Of a DNA stretch of 64,000 nucleotides, positions 12,746-26,003 are shown one piece after another. Both the position numbers and the translations under genes were made by a program. This stretch comes from the human T2T-CHM13v2.0 reference genome, Homo sapiens. Numbering within the stretch: the first letter of the stretch is position 1; each line of letters starts with the position of its first letter. Below the pieces are notes generated by a model that ran no database searches, was not told the origin of the DNA, and was given only the letters and a program-made list of their open reading frames with translations. The stretch lies in NCBI RefSeq assembly GCF_009914755.1, contig NC_060932.1, one strand, 5' to 3'.

Positions 12746-13449
12746 GAAGAAATCCACAAGTTCTGGGTAAAAATGATGTTTCAATAAGACACTCTGTTCT
12801 CTGATCACACTCCTATTGGCTTGTTACATATTGGATGAGCTTATTTTGTTCCACACCATTCCTATCATGCAAAACATAATGCTACTTGCCTCCTCCCCAC
12901 CTCAGCTATCATGGTACAAGCGGTCCCACATTACAGAGCCTTCTCTTGACAGCTGTAATTAGAAAGTACATAAATACAATTCTGTGGATACTTTTCACTT
13001 GGTATTGAAGGGAAAGTCTGCCTGGGCTTTTCAGCATCAGGACTGAGAGATGCACCCACCAAGTCTTCAGAACTCAGATCTCTTCCTTCTAATCAGCTCA
13101 GACAGAACAAAAGGAACCAAGCCCCTTGGAGAGTTGCTCTAATGTGCAAGTGTGTGTCTACACATTTAATGACTTGACGTTGAAGAATTAGAGAAACAAA
13201 TTGTTCTGATATAGATAAACAGATTCTACCCTCCAATCTCTTCTGATGGCACCACTCTCTCCATCATTTCCACAAATAACCTCTTGACAGCACAGAATAT
13301 ATTTCCAAATATCTCACTCCTTTCAAATGTATTTAGGCAAACAAATTTCTCCCAAAGGGAGAATTTTGGCAGCTTCTTGGAGTTGACTAAAATTTTAGGG
13401 CAAAAGCAGTTAACAAGAATATATTGAGCCTCTGCTAACAGCACAGTAA

Positions 13450-13685
13450 GAGGCAGTGTCGTGACAGTTGAGAGCCCAAGTAGAAGTGGGTTTGAACATT
13501 AGCTCTGTCACTTACTAGCTGTGGACTTTAATCAAGGCATATAATATTTTTGTGCATTAATATCTCATATAGAAACTGGAAACATAATACTCACCCATTG
13601 GTCAGCTATATGAGGATTAAATATGATAATGCATGTGAAAGCTTAACACTGGACCTGAGAGCGTTTCATGAATTATCAATATTGC
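13450..13685 (+). mobile_element. MIR SINE
   Basis: GGGTTTGAACATTAGCTCTGTCACTTACTAGCTGTG ... GAGGATTAAATATGATAATGCATGTGAAAGC. Confidence 0.8.
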
Positions 13686-13829
13686 TGCATGCCATGCACT
13701 TAAGATCCAAAATGAATAGAAAAAGATCAGTGCTCTTAAGGATTGCAAGTCTCATAATGAGGGTCTATTTCATTATATGAGGTCGGGTGGGAACCATGAA
13801 AACCGAGAGACAGAGTGGAGGAGATTTGT

Positions 13830-14330
13830 GAACAACTTTTGGGGTACCTTCCCAGTCTCTAAGACCCCACCCCACTCACAGGAGTGGCTTCCAGCAGTCA
13901 CATCTATGCCACACAACCCTTCCCTCTAACTTTGGCTTAGTCGATTCAATCAGGGAAGGACATTTGACTAAGGCCAGAACAATGAGATTCTAAATATTAA
14001 ACTCCCAGGACTTTAGAATTTAGAATCTCAACCAAGAGAGTTGAGCGAGTCCTTGTGGGTGGCCTACAACAATAACACACAGGCCTAGGAACAAGCATGT
14101 GGAATGAAGGAGAGAAATTTGGTCTTCAGAGAAAGTGGGTCACTCAGCAGATTTAAAAAAAAAAAAAAAAGATGAGAATAGAGAAAAACTAGTCTTTTTC
14201 ACTCCTGAGGCCTAACTACTTTCTGCTTTTAAATTATTTGAGACATTCCTATACACACATGATATTGTCCCCTTTCATGCTAATGCTAGAGGAGGTTGGT
14301 TTCTCTTATTCTCTAAAAAATAATGTCAGG
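13830..14330 (+). mobile_element. Old MaLR (MLT1-type) LTR
   Basis: GACTAAGGCCAGAACAATGAGATTC and a MLT1-like 3' region; very diverged. Confidence 0.45.
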
Positions 14331-14559
14331 TGGAAGGTTTGCTTTCCTTTTGGCCAAAAAATGACCGCTGAACAGAGGACTCCAGGAGACAGCATAAGGG
14401 CCACAGGTTTCAATGCTTCTGGTCTTAACCAAATAGCTTGTTCACTAAACTTCCCCCAGTAGATATATTAGGCCTTATTATGCTCACATCTCCCAAATCC
14501 AGCCCAGATTGCTCCTCTGAACTCCATACCTATAAATGTAATTGCATACTAAAACTAAT

Positions 14560-15053
<494 letters not shown>

Positions 15054-15134
15054 CACTGTTTCGTAATAGCTTCTCAAGGATGTCCCATAGCTCCTCATGA
15101 TCAATGAATTAAAAATGAATTCACTGGACTGGAT

Positions 15135-15358
15135 GTGGCATGGAAAGAGTTTAAATCCTGGTTCCATTTCTTAACATTGCATGATCCATAGCAGTCATTT
15201 AAACACCCTCAGGTTCAATTTCTTCATCAGCAAACTCAGTCAATAGTAGCTGTCCTACCTACCTACTCAAGATTGTGGGGGAGATGAAGGAAGTTGATAC
15301 ACAGGAAAGCGCTATATAAATACGGAAAAAGTATGCCAATGATACACCATTATTATCA
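15135..15358 (+). mobile_element. MIR SINE
   Basis: GAGTTTAAATCCTGGTTCCATTTC ... CAATTTCTTCATC. Confidence 0.6.
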
Positions 15359-16184
15359 TTTAGACTTCATGGTTTCAGCATTTGTACAATTCAGACAAAA
15401 ACACCTAATCTACATCATTTTCAGAATCTTTGTGATACCTAAAGACTTAAAATAAAATGTGTGTGAAAACACTTTATAAACTCTGAAATGCTATGTAAAC
15501 TTAAGAGATTAGCATATTAAGTTAACCTTGAATCATTGCATGATCGTATCAGATGGTCCCTGACCTCCAAAAGTTTGTGATTTCTTAGAGAAGGCAGAAA
15601 GTTTAAGAAAGTAAAGACATCAAGCTTTAAATATGATATGCAAATTCTCCAATGAAAATGTCTTTATCTGCCTCTCCTACTATGGTCTCTGACTTTACCT
15701 TTACCTGAAACCTTCTCTAAATCCCTTGTGCAACCACTTCCTGTTGTGCTATGTGACTGCCTACTTAGCCTTATGTATAATTGCCAGGCAAGTATTTGTT
15801 TACATGTCCCCAGTCTCCTCTAGACTATGCTCTGGTTGGCAGCAAGGTTTATGGCTTATTCTTCTTTATATTATCAGCACCTAGCCATGTTCACTGGACT
15901 CAAGGTTCAGTAAATTCATTCATTCATAACAAATACTTTCTGAGCACCTACTAGGTACAGATACTGAATATGCATTGTTGAATAAAATAGAAAACTCCTC
16001 CCTCCAGGAATTTGCATTCTAGTTGGGACGGAGCTGGAGAATAAACGAATAAGTAAAATATATGTTATGATAGATGGTAATAAGCATTGTGGAAAACAAT
16101 AGATTAGAAAAGAGAAACATGGAGTATGAGATGGGGAAATGGTTTCAATTTTAAAGAGGGCTGACAGGGAAGGCCTTAGGTGGC

Positions 16185-17070
16185 TGTATTCATTCCTATT
16201 ACTGTCATAATAAGTTACCACAAACTTAGTGACCTAAACAATATAGATCCATTGTCTTAGAGTTTGGCAGGTCATAAGTCTAATAGAGGTCTCACTGGGC
16301 TAAAATCAAGGTGTCATAAAAGTTTTATTCTTTTCTAGAGACTTGTATTAGTCCATTCTCACACTGCTATAAAGAAATACCCGAGACTGGGTAATTTATA
16401 AAGGAAAGAGGTTTAATTGACTCACAGTTCCACATGGCTGGGAGACCTCAGGAAGCGTACAATCATGGCAGAAGGGGAAGCAGTCACCTTCTTCACTAGG
16501 CAGCAGGAGAGCATGTGAGCAAGAACAAGGAAGTGCCACATTTTAAAACCATCAGCTCTCGCAAGAACTCACTATCACAAGAACAGCATAGGGGAAACTG
16601 CTCCCATGATCCAATCACCTCCCACCAGTTCCCCCCCTCAACACGTAGGGATTATGGGGATTACAGTTGGAGAAGAGATTTGGGTGGGGACACAGCTAAG
16701 CCATATCAAGGCTCTGAAGGAGTATCCATTTTTTCCCCTTTCCAGCTCCTAGAAGCCACTCACTTTTCCTTACTTCCTATTCCCCTTCTCTCATCTTCAG
16801 AACCAGCAATGTTGCAGCTTTCTGAATGTTATCCCGTATTTGTATCTCCTGGCGCAGCTTCTTCTACTTCCCTCTTCTTCTTTTAAGGGCTCATAATTAC
16901 ATTGAACACACCAGAATAAATCCAGGCTTCTTCCCCTATTAAAGCCAATGGATTAGCAATATTAATCCATCTCCAACCTTAATCACTCTTTGCCATGTAA
17001 CATAACATCTTTACAGGTTGCAGAGCTTCTTTTGGGGGCCATAAGAAGGGGTCTTATGATGGGGTCACCT
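16185..17070 (-). mobile_element. MLT1C/D-like MaLR LTR interrupted by a THE1/MST LTR
   Basis: TGTATTCATTCCTATTACTGTCATAATAAGTTACCACAAACTTAGTG start; GGGCTAAAATCAAGGTGTC; resumes at 16709. Confidence 0.8.
16344..16708 (-). mobile_element. THE1D/MSTA-type MaLR solo LTR
   Basis: TGTATTAGTCCATTCTCACACTGCTATAAAG ... CCATATCA; 5-bp TSD AGACT / AGGCT. Confidence 0.93.
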
Positions 17071-17919
17071 ATCATAGTGACACTTGAGTAAAGATGTAAA
17101 GAAGGTAAGGAATGAAGCCTTGTGGATATTTAGGAGGCAGAGCTTTCCAGGAATAGGGAAAAGTGAAAACTGAGTCACTTATGGGCGTGTATTCTTGGGA
17201 TGTTGGAGGAATAGCAAGGAGGGATATATAACTTGAACAGAGCGAGAGAGTGGAAGGAGATGAAGTCAGAAATGTAAAAAGGGAAGATACTACAGTGTCT
17301 TGTAGGCCTTGTAGATGACTGAAGGACCCTGAGTAAAATGGAAATAACGGAAGGAAGTTTACCAGGAGAATGGCATGACCTGACTGAAGCTTTAATAGAA
17401 TCCTGCTTGCTACTCTGTTGAGAATTTACCATAGTAATCAATGTCAGAAGCAGGAGACCAGTTAGGAGACCAATAAAAAAATAAAATGGTGAGAGATAAT
17501 AGTGACTTGAACCTGAATCCAGCAGTGGATATGGCGAAAAATGGTCAGATGCTATAAATATTTTCAAAGTAGTGCCAGCAGGGTTTTCTGACAGAATTAG
17601 TTGTTGGGTGAGAGAGAGAGGGCTTGATTGGCCTAAGCACTTGGAAGGATAAATTGCCTTTTACCTGGATGAGGATAACCACAGGAGGAACAGATCCTTG
17701 GAAAAAGATTAGGAGCTCAGCTTGGGACATAGTAGATTTTAAAAATTTATCAGGTAATCAAGTGGAGATGTCAAGTAGGCAGTTAGAAGAAGCAAATATA
17801 TGTTATTTAAATCTATTTGATACCCAAGGAAATGAACGAAATACAAAAAAAAAAAAGGTTTAAGGGTTGAATAAAAATTAAAGGAAGGAGAAAAGGAGGA
17901 GTCAGCTTTTTTACAAAAT

Positions 17920-18147
17920 CTTTTTTATTTTTTATTATACATTAAGTTTTAGGGTACATGTGCACAACGTGCAGGTTTGTTACATATGTATACATGTGCC
18001 ATGTTGGTGTGCTGCACCAATTAACTTGTCATTTAACATTAGATATATCTCCTAATGCTATTCCTCCCCCTCCCCCCATCCCACAACAGGCCCCAGTGTG
18101 TGATGTTCCCCTTCCTGTGTCCATGTATTCTCATTGTTCAATTCCCA
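17920..18147 (-). mobile_element. L1PA 3' UTR fragment
   Basis: TTATTATACATTAAGTTTTAGGGTACATGTGCACAACGTGCAGG antisense L1PA 3' end. Confidence 0.93.
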
Positions 18148-18852
18148 AATTCCAGTGCCTAATGCAATTTGCTAGAGTATAAACAAGAATGGATTCCCAA
18201 ACGTTAGCTGTAAGGCCCTGGAAACAAGTGACAGCATAACGTGGAGAAACCTTATCAGTAATAACATCCAATCTAATTTGTCATCCTGAAAGCCTTGCAC
18301 ATAGTTAGTGTTAGTGTCAGGGATACGTAAACCCCAAACGCTGGAGAAAAGCAGTTGGAAAAAAAACAAAGGCTCTACATAATAAATTGGAACTTAAAGC
18401 TTTGTTTTGTCCAAAGAGCTTAAACTACTTATTTCCACTATGGAGAAAGAGTAGTAAACCTGAAGATAATTATTTAAAATGTAAAGGTATTACAACAGTT
18501 GGCTGTCTTGTCATTCCATTGTTAAAATCTCATAGAATTGCGAACATCATTTTTGGAAGAGTCATTAGTAGACATCTTATACCTTAAGCACTCAGTACAC
18601 AGTACATAGCAGATGCTCAGTAATTATTCTCTGAATGAACTACTGATTCTAGTCCAACACCCTCAGATTATATGTTAGAATAATAACACTAGCACCCTTT
18701 CACACACACTTCTGGGATCCACTCCCCCATTCCTCAGTTATTTCACAGAAGCTGCCGTATTCCTACATGACCTCATGCTTCTCTGGCCAGAGTTGATTTA
18801 TTCCACCGTAAGTATCTAGCCCAAGCTGGGCCAACCAGACCGTTTTCCTAGG

Positions 18853-18948
18853 ATTTTGTTTAATTTAATTTTTTAAAATTAGAGATGAGGTCTAATTATA
18901 TTGCTCAGGCTGGTCTTGAACTCCTGGCCTCAAGTGATCCTCCTGCAC
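18853..18948 (-). mobile_element. Alu left-arm / FLAM fragment
   Basis: CAGGCTGGTCTTGAACTCCTGGCCTCAAGTGATCCTCCTGC. Confidence 0.8.
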
Positions 18949-18999
18949 ATCTCCCTTGAGTCTCTGTGAGCAGGACTGCTCTCAAATCACAGCTGAGAG

Positions 19000-19137
19000 A
19001 TGGGTGGTAATGGATGTGTTACCACTAATTTGTAGTAATCATTACACAATGTATATCAAATCATCATGTTGCACACCTTGAATATAGTCCATCTTTACTT
19101 TTCAATTAAATATTTTAAAATTTAAAAAGAGAAAAAA
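19000..19137 (+). mobile_element. Old L1M 3' end fragment
   Basis: TATATCAAATCATCATGTTGCACACCTTGAATATA followed by an A-rich tail. Confidence 0.75.
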
Positions 19138-19459
19138 GTCAGTGAATCAGACCTAGTATCATTGATCACCTACTTCTACTTGTTTCTGAGGCTCAGATGG
19201 GTCCCCGTCCTTGAGTTTTGTTGTTTATTGGAATCTATGAGTCAGTTAATTCCCTTTAATTAGACTTCTCTCATTTACAGCCTAATGACTTGCAACCTAG
19301 AACTCATACAACGAAAACCTGAAAACCAGAGAAGTGAAGTCTTTTATTCACAGGTGATATCCATAATTAGTGAGAGAGTCAGGAATCAATAGAGGTTTTA
19401 TTCCCCCACTGAGTTCCTTTTGGAATCTCCCCACTGAATAATATAATCCAATTGATGAA

Positions 19460-20335
19460 TTCTACCTTAAACTATTTCCCATGTCTACTCACTCCATTTC
19501 CACTGCCACCTCCCTAGTCCAAGCAACCATCATTTCTCACCTGCACTACTGTTTTCATTGTACCAAGAATAAAACCAAAACGCTTTAAAATGTTATGCAG
19601 TGCTTTACAATGCTTTTCTGACCTCAGTTAGCTGTCTCTTCACCTCACTCAATGTGTTCCAGCCATGCAAGACTTCTTTCAGTTTCTAAAACTTGAGTTC
19701 TTTCTCCCTTGGAACACCTGTATAGCTATTTTATTTTTCTGCAATGTTTCTCCCTTGACTCTGCATGACTAGCTCCTCAACTTTCACTTCCCTGGCTGCT
19801 TGTGAGGACATCCTCCACCACCTATTAAGTAGGCTCCCATCCTTTATTCACTATCTCAGCACTTCATATTTTTTATAATGCTTTACTTGTTGTACACAAT
19901 TTTGAATTTGAATTAACATTGTGTTTGCTTTAAAAAAAATCTCCCAGTAACCTATAAGCTCCACGTGGGCAGGGAATTTATTTATGTTCCTCACCACTAC
20001 GTACCCATGTCTCAGCCAAAAACATAGCATTCAACTTGACTCCTTAATAATTCTCACACACTATATCCAATCCATTAACAAATGCTCTTGGCTCTAGTTT
20101 AAAAATGTATTTCAAATATGGCCACTTCTCTTCATCTCAGCCACTACCACTGTAGTCTACATCAATATAATCTCTCACATGGACTGAAATCATTGCCTCC
20201 TAGAAGGTCTTCCTACCTCCTCTATTGATCTCCTAAACCCTGCTACTCCCAAATAGCCTAGAGATTCTCTTAAAATATGAATATTGTATCATTCTCTTTA
20301 AAACATTCTGTTGTCTTTCTATTATTAAAAAAAGT
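19460..20335 (+). mobile_element. L2 LINE fragments
   Basis: CCACTGCCACCTCCCTAGTCCAAGCAACCATCATTTCTCACCTG and a second L2 piece CCACTACCACTGTAGTC...TCTCTCACATGGAC. Confidence 0.75.
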
Positions 20336-21099
20336 ATCCAAAACTTGGAAATAAGAGGGTGATTTTATGTTCTTTCAATATGAGGCATTACTGAGGCTTA
20401 CCTAAGAATTGTTTAATTATCAAGGAGAATACAGCTTAATTTGTCCTTGATACTTACTTTTCACTTAAAGCCCAGATTTTAGGAAGTGGCATGTTAAATC
20501 ATAGATTTCTGTCTGATATAAAAGATAAACCCGAAGGTTACAGTTATATTGTCCTCTATGATATTAACCAGTGCATATGTATTAGCAAATTTAAGTTCAA
20601 CATTATTTTATATGAAAATTTAAATCACCATTCCTCCAATTCTCTTTTGAACCAGCTTTGCCATCTTACAGGTTACCTTATTAATTAATGAGAAGCCTAA
20701 ACACATTTAATACATGCTTATTTTATATTTGCATAACAGTCATCATTCCAAGATTTTGAAAATTAAACTTGACAGTTTTGGGTTTCTCACCAAGATGTCC
20801 AAGTTGACTTAACTGTTGGAACCAATGAAACTATATTTTTCCAAAAAAGCATGTGATAGACATTTTAAGCTCAAACACATCTCTTTTTTCTCCTCAAATG
20901 ATACTGAAAACACACTAGAAATTTATCTTTTTTAATTCTTCCTCTGACTCTTTGTTTTTGTTTCTGGTTCTGGTTCTTGGCCGGGTTTGATTCTGGTTTT
21001 ATGATGCCCGACTCATTTTCAGACGGATTATTTTATACTGTAAAATATATAAGACTGGACCTCTCTGGACTATAAGTTTAATAAACTAATTATTAGACT

Positions 21100-21462
21100 A
21101 ATAATAATATTATCTGACATTCATCAAATGTTTATTATGTTCCAGGTGCAAACACAAGCACTTTAAATCTATGAATTATTTAATCCTCATATCAACTTTA
21201 TAAAGAGGTACTATTATTTCCATTTGACAGATGGAAAAAATGCATGCACACATATACTTTTCTATTTTTAGTTGGTTTATAAAGCAATTTCCACATACAT
21301 TACTTCACCTTGATAAAGATTCTATATTCTATAAAATGGAAAGTGTCATAATTCTTATCCCATTTTACAGATGGGGAAATACAGATCCAGATATTAGATG
21401 GCTTGTCTGAGGTCCCAAGTTTTCTGCTTTCAAATATAGTATTTTTGCTTCCATACTATACT
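21100..21462 (-). mobile_element. Two MIR fragments
   Basis: Two cores: CCATTTGACAGATGGAAAAA and CCCATTTTACAGATGGGGAAA. Confidence 0.7.
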
Positions 21463-21862
21463 CTCTTAATATAAATGAGCAAAAATAGAAACAAAGACAT
21501 CACAACAAAACCTCAAAAAAGTAAATACAAAGAAGTTGATGACTATACTCAGGAAAGAAATTACCTTAGATAAATTTTAGATAATTACCTTAGATAAATC
21601 ACCAAGAGCCAACTGAAGTTTTTTTTTAAATGCTAAGTCTTTATTATAAAAATGTCTGCTACATTTAAAATAAATAAACACAACATACACATTAAAGCCA
21701 GAATATTAAACAGAATCTTTTTATTTTACTTTGGACAGCACAAAGTTTTCTAAACTGTTATATGTTGAACATATCAGCAGTTGTTTTTGGTAACTTCTGA
21801 AGTGAACCAAGAAAAGTCAATTTTAAAAATATAAATATTTTGACAAGCTACCACTAGTGTTC

Positions 21863-22192
21863 TTTTTTTTATTTTATTATTATTATACTTTAAGTTTTAG
21901 GCATGTGCACAATGTGCCGGTTAGTTACATATGTATACATGTGCCATGCTGGTGTGCTGCACCCATTAACTCGTCATTTAGCATTAGGTATATCTCCTAA
22001 TGCTATCCCTCCCCCCTCCCCCCTCCCCCCACCCCACAACAGTCCCCAGAGTGTGATGTTCCCCTTCCTGTGTCCATGTGTTCTCACTGTTCAATTCCCA
22101 TCTATGAGTGAGAACATGCGGTGTTTGGTTTTTTGTCCTTGCGATAGTTTACTGAGAATGATGATTTCCAACTTCATCCATGTCCCTACAAA
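21863..22192 (-). mobile_element. 5'-truncated L1PA3/4-like 3' end
   Basis: Poly(T), then antisense L1PA 3' UTR to CATGTCCCTACAAAG; explains ORF 21903-22208. Confidence 0.95.
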
Positions 22193-23289
22193 GAAATTAT
22201 GGCTCTAACTTGATCGAGCTCCAAAGGGGCTTCAGTTAAAGTTAATCTCTCTTTGCAGGATTTAAAAATTAATGTTCACCAGACTTCTTGCCAACTCCAC
22301 AGGAAGGAGTAACTTAAAGTCCAAAAATATTCTTAACATTAGATTCAAGTTACATGTCAATCTGAATGGAGTGAATATAATAAACCAGCAAAATTGAACC
22401 TGAATTGCCTAAGAGAATCTGTAGATTCACTAAGGAATTCTACTCCACATTGTCGTCATAATTGAGATTTAGAGATTCCTATTAAGGGCAAAACAAGACA
22501 AGATTTCAGAATCATGACACTGAAAAGTGCTTCTATTGATCAAGAATGGGATTGAAGATTACTAAAATTGAAATAATATCAAATGGTTATGAACTTCTGA
22601 ATCTACCCAACTAAACCCTCCTACTCTCTTAAAGAAAATAGTGGATGGCTACATATTTGGATGGTGATTAACCTTTTATTTCTTCCTTCTTTCAAATTAT
22701 ATCCTAAAATACTTCTGCTACTTCTACAATATTTTTTTGCTTGTGATACTAAAAGTTCCTATTTCAGTTTCTTCTTCAAATTACAAACCTCCTCATTCTG
22801 CTTTAGTCATCCAGAAAAAAGTATTGATGTATTGGGCACTCACTCTATGCCAGACTTTTCTCTTTTTTCTTTTTTTGCTAGATTCAATATATTTCAAAAG
22901 ACAACCTATTTCTGCTGCCAGTGTTTATTGGTATATTGTAAAGAAAACATGCATTTACACAAATACACTCTCACACATATACAGTAATATGTGACAAATG
23001 CTAACTTGTATTCCTCATAGAGGTTTTCTCTGACCTTTTTATAAGGCAACCACCACCCCTCTGCCCTTCTTGAAAAACACCATTAGCCACACTTCTACGA
23101 GATTAATACTAATCAGACCTGTAGCCATTTTTAGGGCTTAAAGTTTACATCAACCCCAGGGAGGACACAGTGGAAACAGTGGGTGGAGGGGAGTGATATA
23201 AAAGAAATCAAGGCATCACCAAGACCAACATCAAGAATTTTATTTTTATTTTTATTGAGGATGGGGGAAAACTGGAGATAGGTTGATAA

Positions 23290-23560
23290 ATCTGTTTCAT
23301 GTGGCTTTACCTTCCAAACTTCAGAGACTGAGATTTGTATTCAAACAAGCCTCAGTTCAAATTCTGTCCTTATGAGTACTACAATCTTTAAAAAAAAATT
23401 TATTCTCTTAAGCTTCAATTTTTCTCACTTGTCAAGCTGAGATAATAGTACTTGCCACGCAATGCCAAAACCCCCAAAATTGAGATAATACATGTAACAG
23501 ACTTAGTGAGATTCCTGGCACGTAATAACTATGTTGGAAATGGTAGATACGGTTATGATT
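23290..23560 (+). mobile_element. MIR SINE
   Basis: GTTCAAATTCTGTCC ... CCTGGCACGTAATAAC. Confidence 0.55.
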
Positions 23561-23904
23561 ATTCATGGCGGTTACCAAGTATTTATTCATCCATTCAACA
23601 AAGAATAATTAAGCTTATACTAATGTATTTTCTCAATTCTGAGACCAATCTTTTTTCACATTTCAGCAATCAAAGCGCATTTAATATACATAATGGCTTT
23701 TTTCTTCTGCAAAGATGTCTATTAATTTGCTGATGTATCATAAAGTGACAATGTCCTAGGTCTAGCCACCATGCTAGAAAGTGGAGGGTGACAAAAATAA
23801 GTAAGAAAGCCCCTGCCCTTTTTACAGACCGTGATACCCGGCAGAGAAGCCACATGACTTCAGCCTTCAGCTTCAAAATTCTGAGCTACCACTACATACT
23901 TCCA

Positions 23905-24104
23905 TATGCTGTCCCAATTGTTCCAAAAACTGGGGGTATCACAGACCGCTTTGAGAATGTCATGAAAGTTGTGGGCTTTCTCTACAGGACAAAAGTACAC
24001 ATACATATGAGTTTTACAGAGAATCTTAGGAGTTTTGTAGACTCTCCAAAGACAATCCATGGTGTTCCCTAAAAGAATTTATAAAATGTATGTAAGAATC
24101 CCTG
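23905..24104. mobile_element. Old hAT-Charlie-type MER element
   Basis: TTCCAAAAACTGGGGGTATCACAGACCGCTTTGAGAAT ... TAAGAATCCCTG. Confidence 0.5.
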
Positions 24105-25436
24105 CTTGCCCTCTTAGGAAAATTCCCCAGTTATTCTGCAGGTCACTTCTATGATACTCCAACCCCTGGAGTTTAAGCATAAGTATGCCCTGAAGATGAG
24201 GAGTGGAGTGCAAAGCTAAGAATCACTGGCTCAGAGAGTCCTTGACAACAGTTTATGTTGGGCTGGTAGCCAAAAGAATTCAATATAACAAGAGAGAAAA
24301 GGGGGTTTACATCAGCCTTAGGAAAAACAATGTACAACTCGTTACTTTCTTTATTCATTTAGCACAAGTCAACCAACCACAGTATCAATGTTTGATTTAC
24401 TCTCCCACTATGATCACCCATCTTCATAGCCTCATGGTCACTGCTCCAAATCTAGACTTGTGGTTTGGCTGCATCTCAAGACTTGAACCATAAATGTCAA
24501 TATAAATGCACATTTTCTAGAAGGATGACAAAATTCAAAACATTCTATTTTCAGGAAAATAATGTGCAAACATATCATTATAATATCCTTTTATCTACAA
24601 TTTATAAAACTCTGGTCAAAATGTTTGTCTAAAAAAATTCCTGGCAGGATGCTGATATGAGCCTCCAGGCTCTCTCTTCTTTAACATAGGCAATTCATCA
24701 GGCTACACACAAAAGCACCCAAAAGTCTGCAATGGTTCTCTTTAAATAAAGGCTTGAAGCACGCAGGGGCCTTTTGTAGAAAGAGAAATAGAGGAGATCC
24801 CCAAGGTCGGGGTGCTGTACACAGAAGAAGGATCTTAAAGCAGGAACAACTCATTTGTGACATGGTCATTGCAAGGTCAGAAACGAATAAAGCCAGAAAC
24901 CAAACCTGGACTCCAATGTCTAATTATTAAATACAATCAAGAGGAATGAAAAATCTATAGAAGACTAGAAATGGACATTGAAGTTGGGTATTGAGTCAAA
25001 ATCTGAAACAAAGGAAGAAATGTCGTAGTTTAGAATATAAATGGTGGGAAGAGACAGTGGTGGGAGCCTGACTTGAGAGATGATCTCAGACACCATCTGG
25101 ATTTTGCAGCTTGTTTTAAGGACTAGTTGAGATGTGTTGCTTGTAAGGATGGACTTGGCTTAAAGACCTGAAAATGGGGTCATAAAAATGCTTTTTTAAA
25201 TATGCATAACTTTTTAAATAGCAGGGTACTTTTAAAAGCTATAGAAAAATCTCATGATACATTGAATTCTTAAACAACACATTGAATTTGGAATATCTTG
25301 GCAGGTTCCAACAAAGCTGAATATTTCAGTTATATTCATGATACTGCGTCCTGTCTAGTGATTATTTCCCAGCAGCTCATAAAGCCAGGGTGTGTTTTTA
25401 AATAGAGCCACATTCTTTCATTTGTGACTCCTTTCT

Positions 25437-25672
25437 CTGTACATATATATATATATATATGTACATATATACGTATATACGTATATATGTACATATACGT
25501 ATATATGTACATATATGTACATATATCTGTATGTAGTCTTAATGTGTGTATATATATAATGTGTGTATATATATAATGTGTGTATATATATATAATGTGT
25601 GTATATATATATAATGTGTATATATAGATATATACACATTAAGACTACATACAGATATATGCAGTCATATAT
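25437..25672. repeat. (TA)n/(TATG)n low-complexity tract containing a 28-bp perfect inverted repeat and a short tandem array
   Basis: Arms 25520-25547 and 25634-25661 are exact reverse complements; spacer is made of AATGTGTGTATATATAT(AT) units. Confidence 0.95.
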
Positions 25673-26003
25673 TTTCTTCTGATTTAAAAATAATAATAAA
25701 ACATGTTGCCGGGCCCTAGGCATCTCATGCATAATTGTAGTAAATTGACCCTGGTTGTAAACACTTTTTCAGTTCTTGGTGGAACCCAATTTCTGAAGCT
25801 GAGGCTGAAAACAGAGACTCTAGGATCTAAACTCAAGGGGAAAGGGTTATGGAGATAAGACATAATGTGGAGTATTATCTACACCTGCCACAAAAGGGAG
25901 ACGGAGCATGTCAACTTTTGATGTAAGATTTTTGGCTAAAAATGTACCGTATTTTAAAACAACTAAAGAACATATCTCAAAAGCAAATGCACAGACGATA
26001 CCT

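Larger units (their letters stand above)
15916..17790 (-). mobile_element. L2 LINE 3' region split by nested LTRs
   Basis: (TTCA)n tail at 15916-15927, CAAATACTTTCTGAGCACCTACT; L2-like sequence resumes at about 17075 (GTGACACTTGAGTAAAGA...GTGGAGATGTCAAGTAGGCAGTT). Confidence 0.8.

Noticed and set aside
20418-20452. Hairpin TATCAAGGA ... TCCTTGATA as a structured RNA or pre-miRNA
   Set aside because: A 9-bp stem is too short and is expected by chance in 64 kb of AT-rich DNA.
25541-25626. Short repeat arrays (also 37245-37300, 43307-43350) as CRISPR-like
   Set aside because: Head-to-tail units without unique spacers, no cas genes, eukaryotic context.
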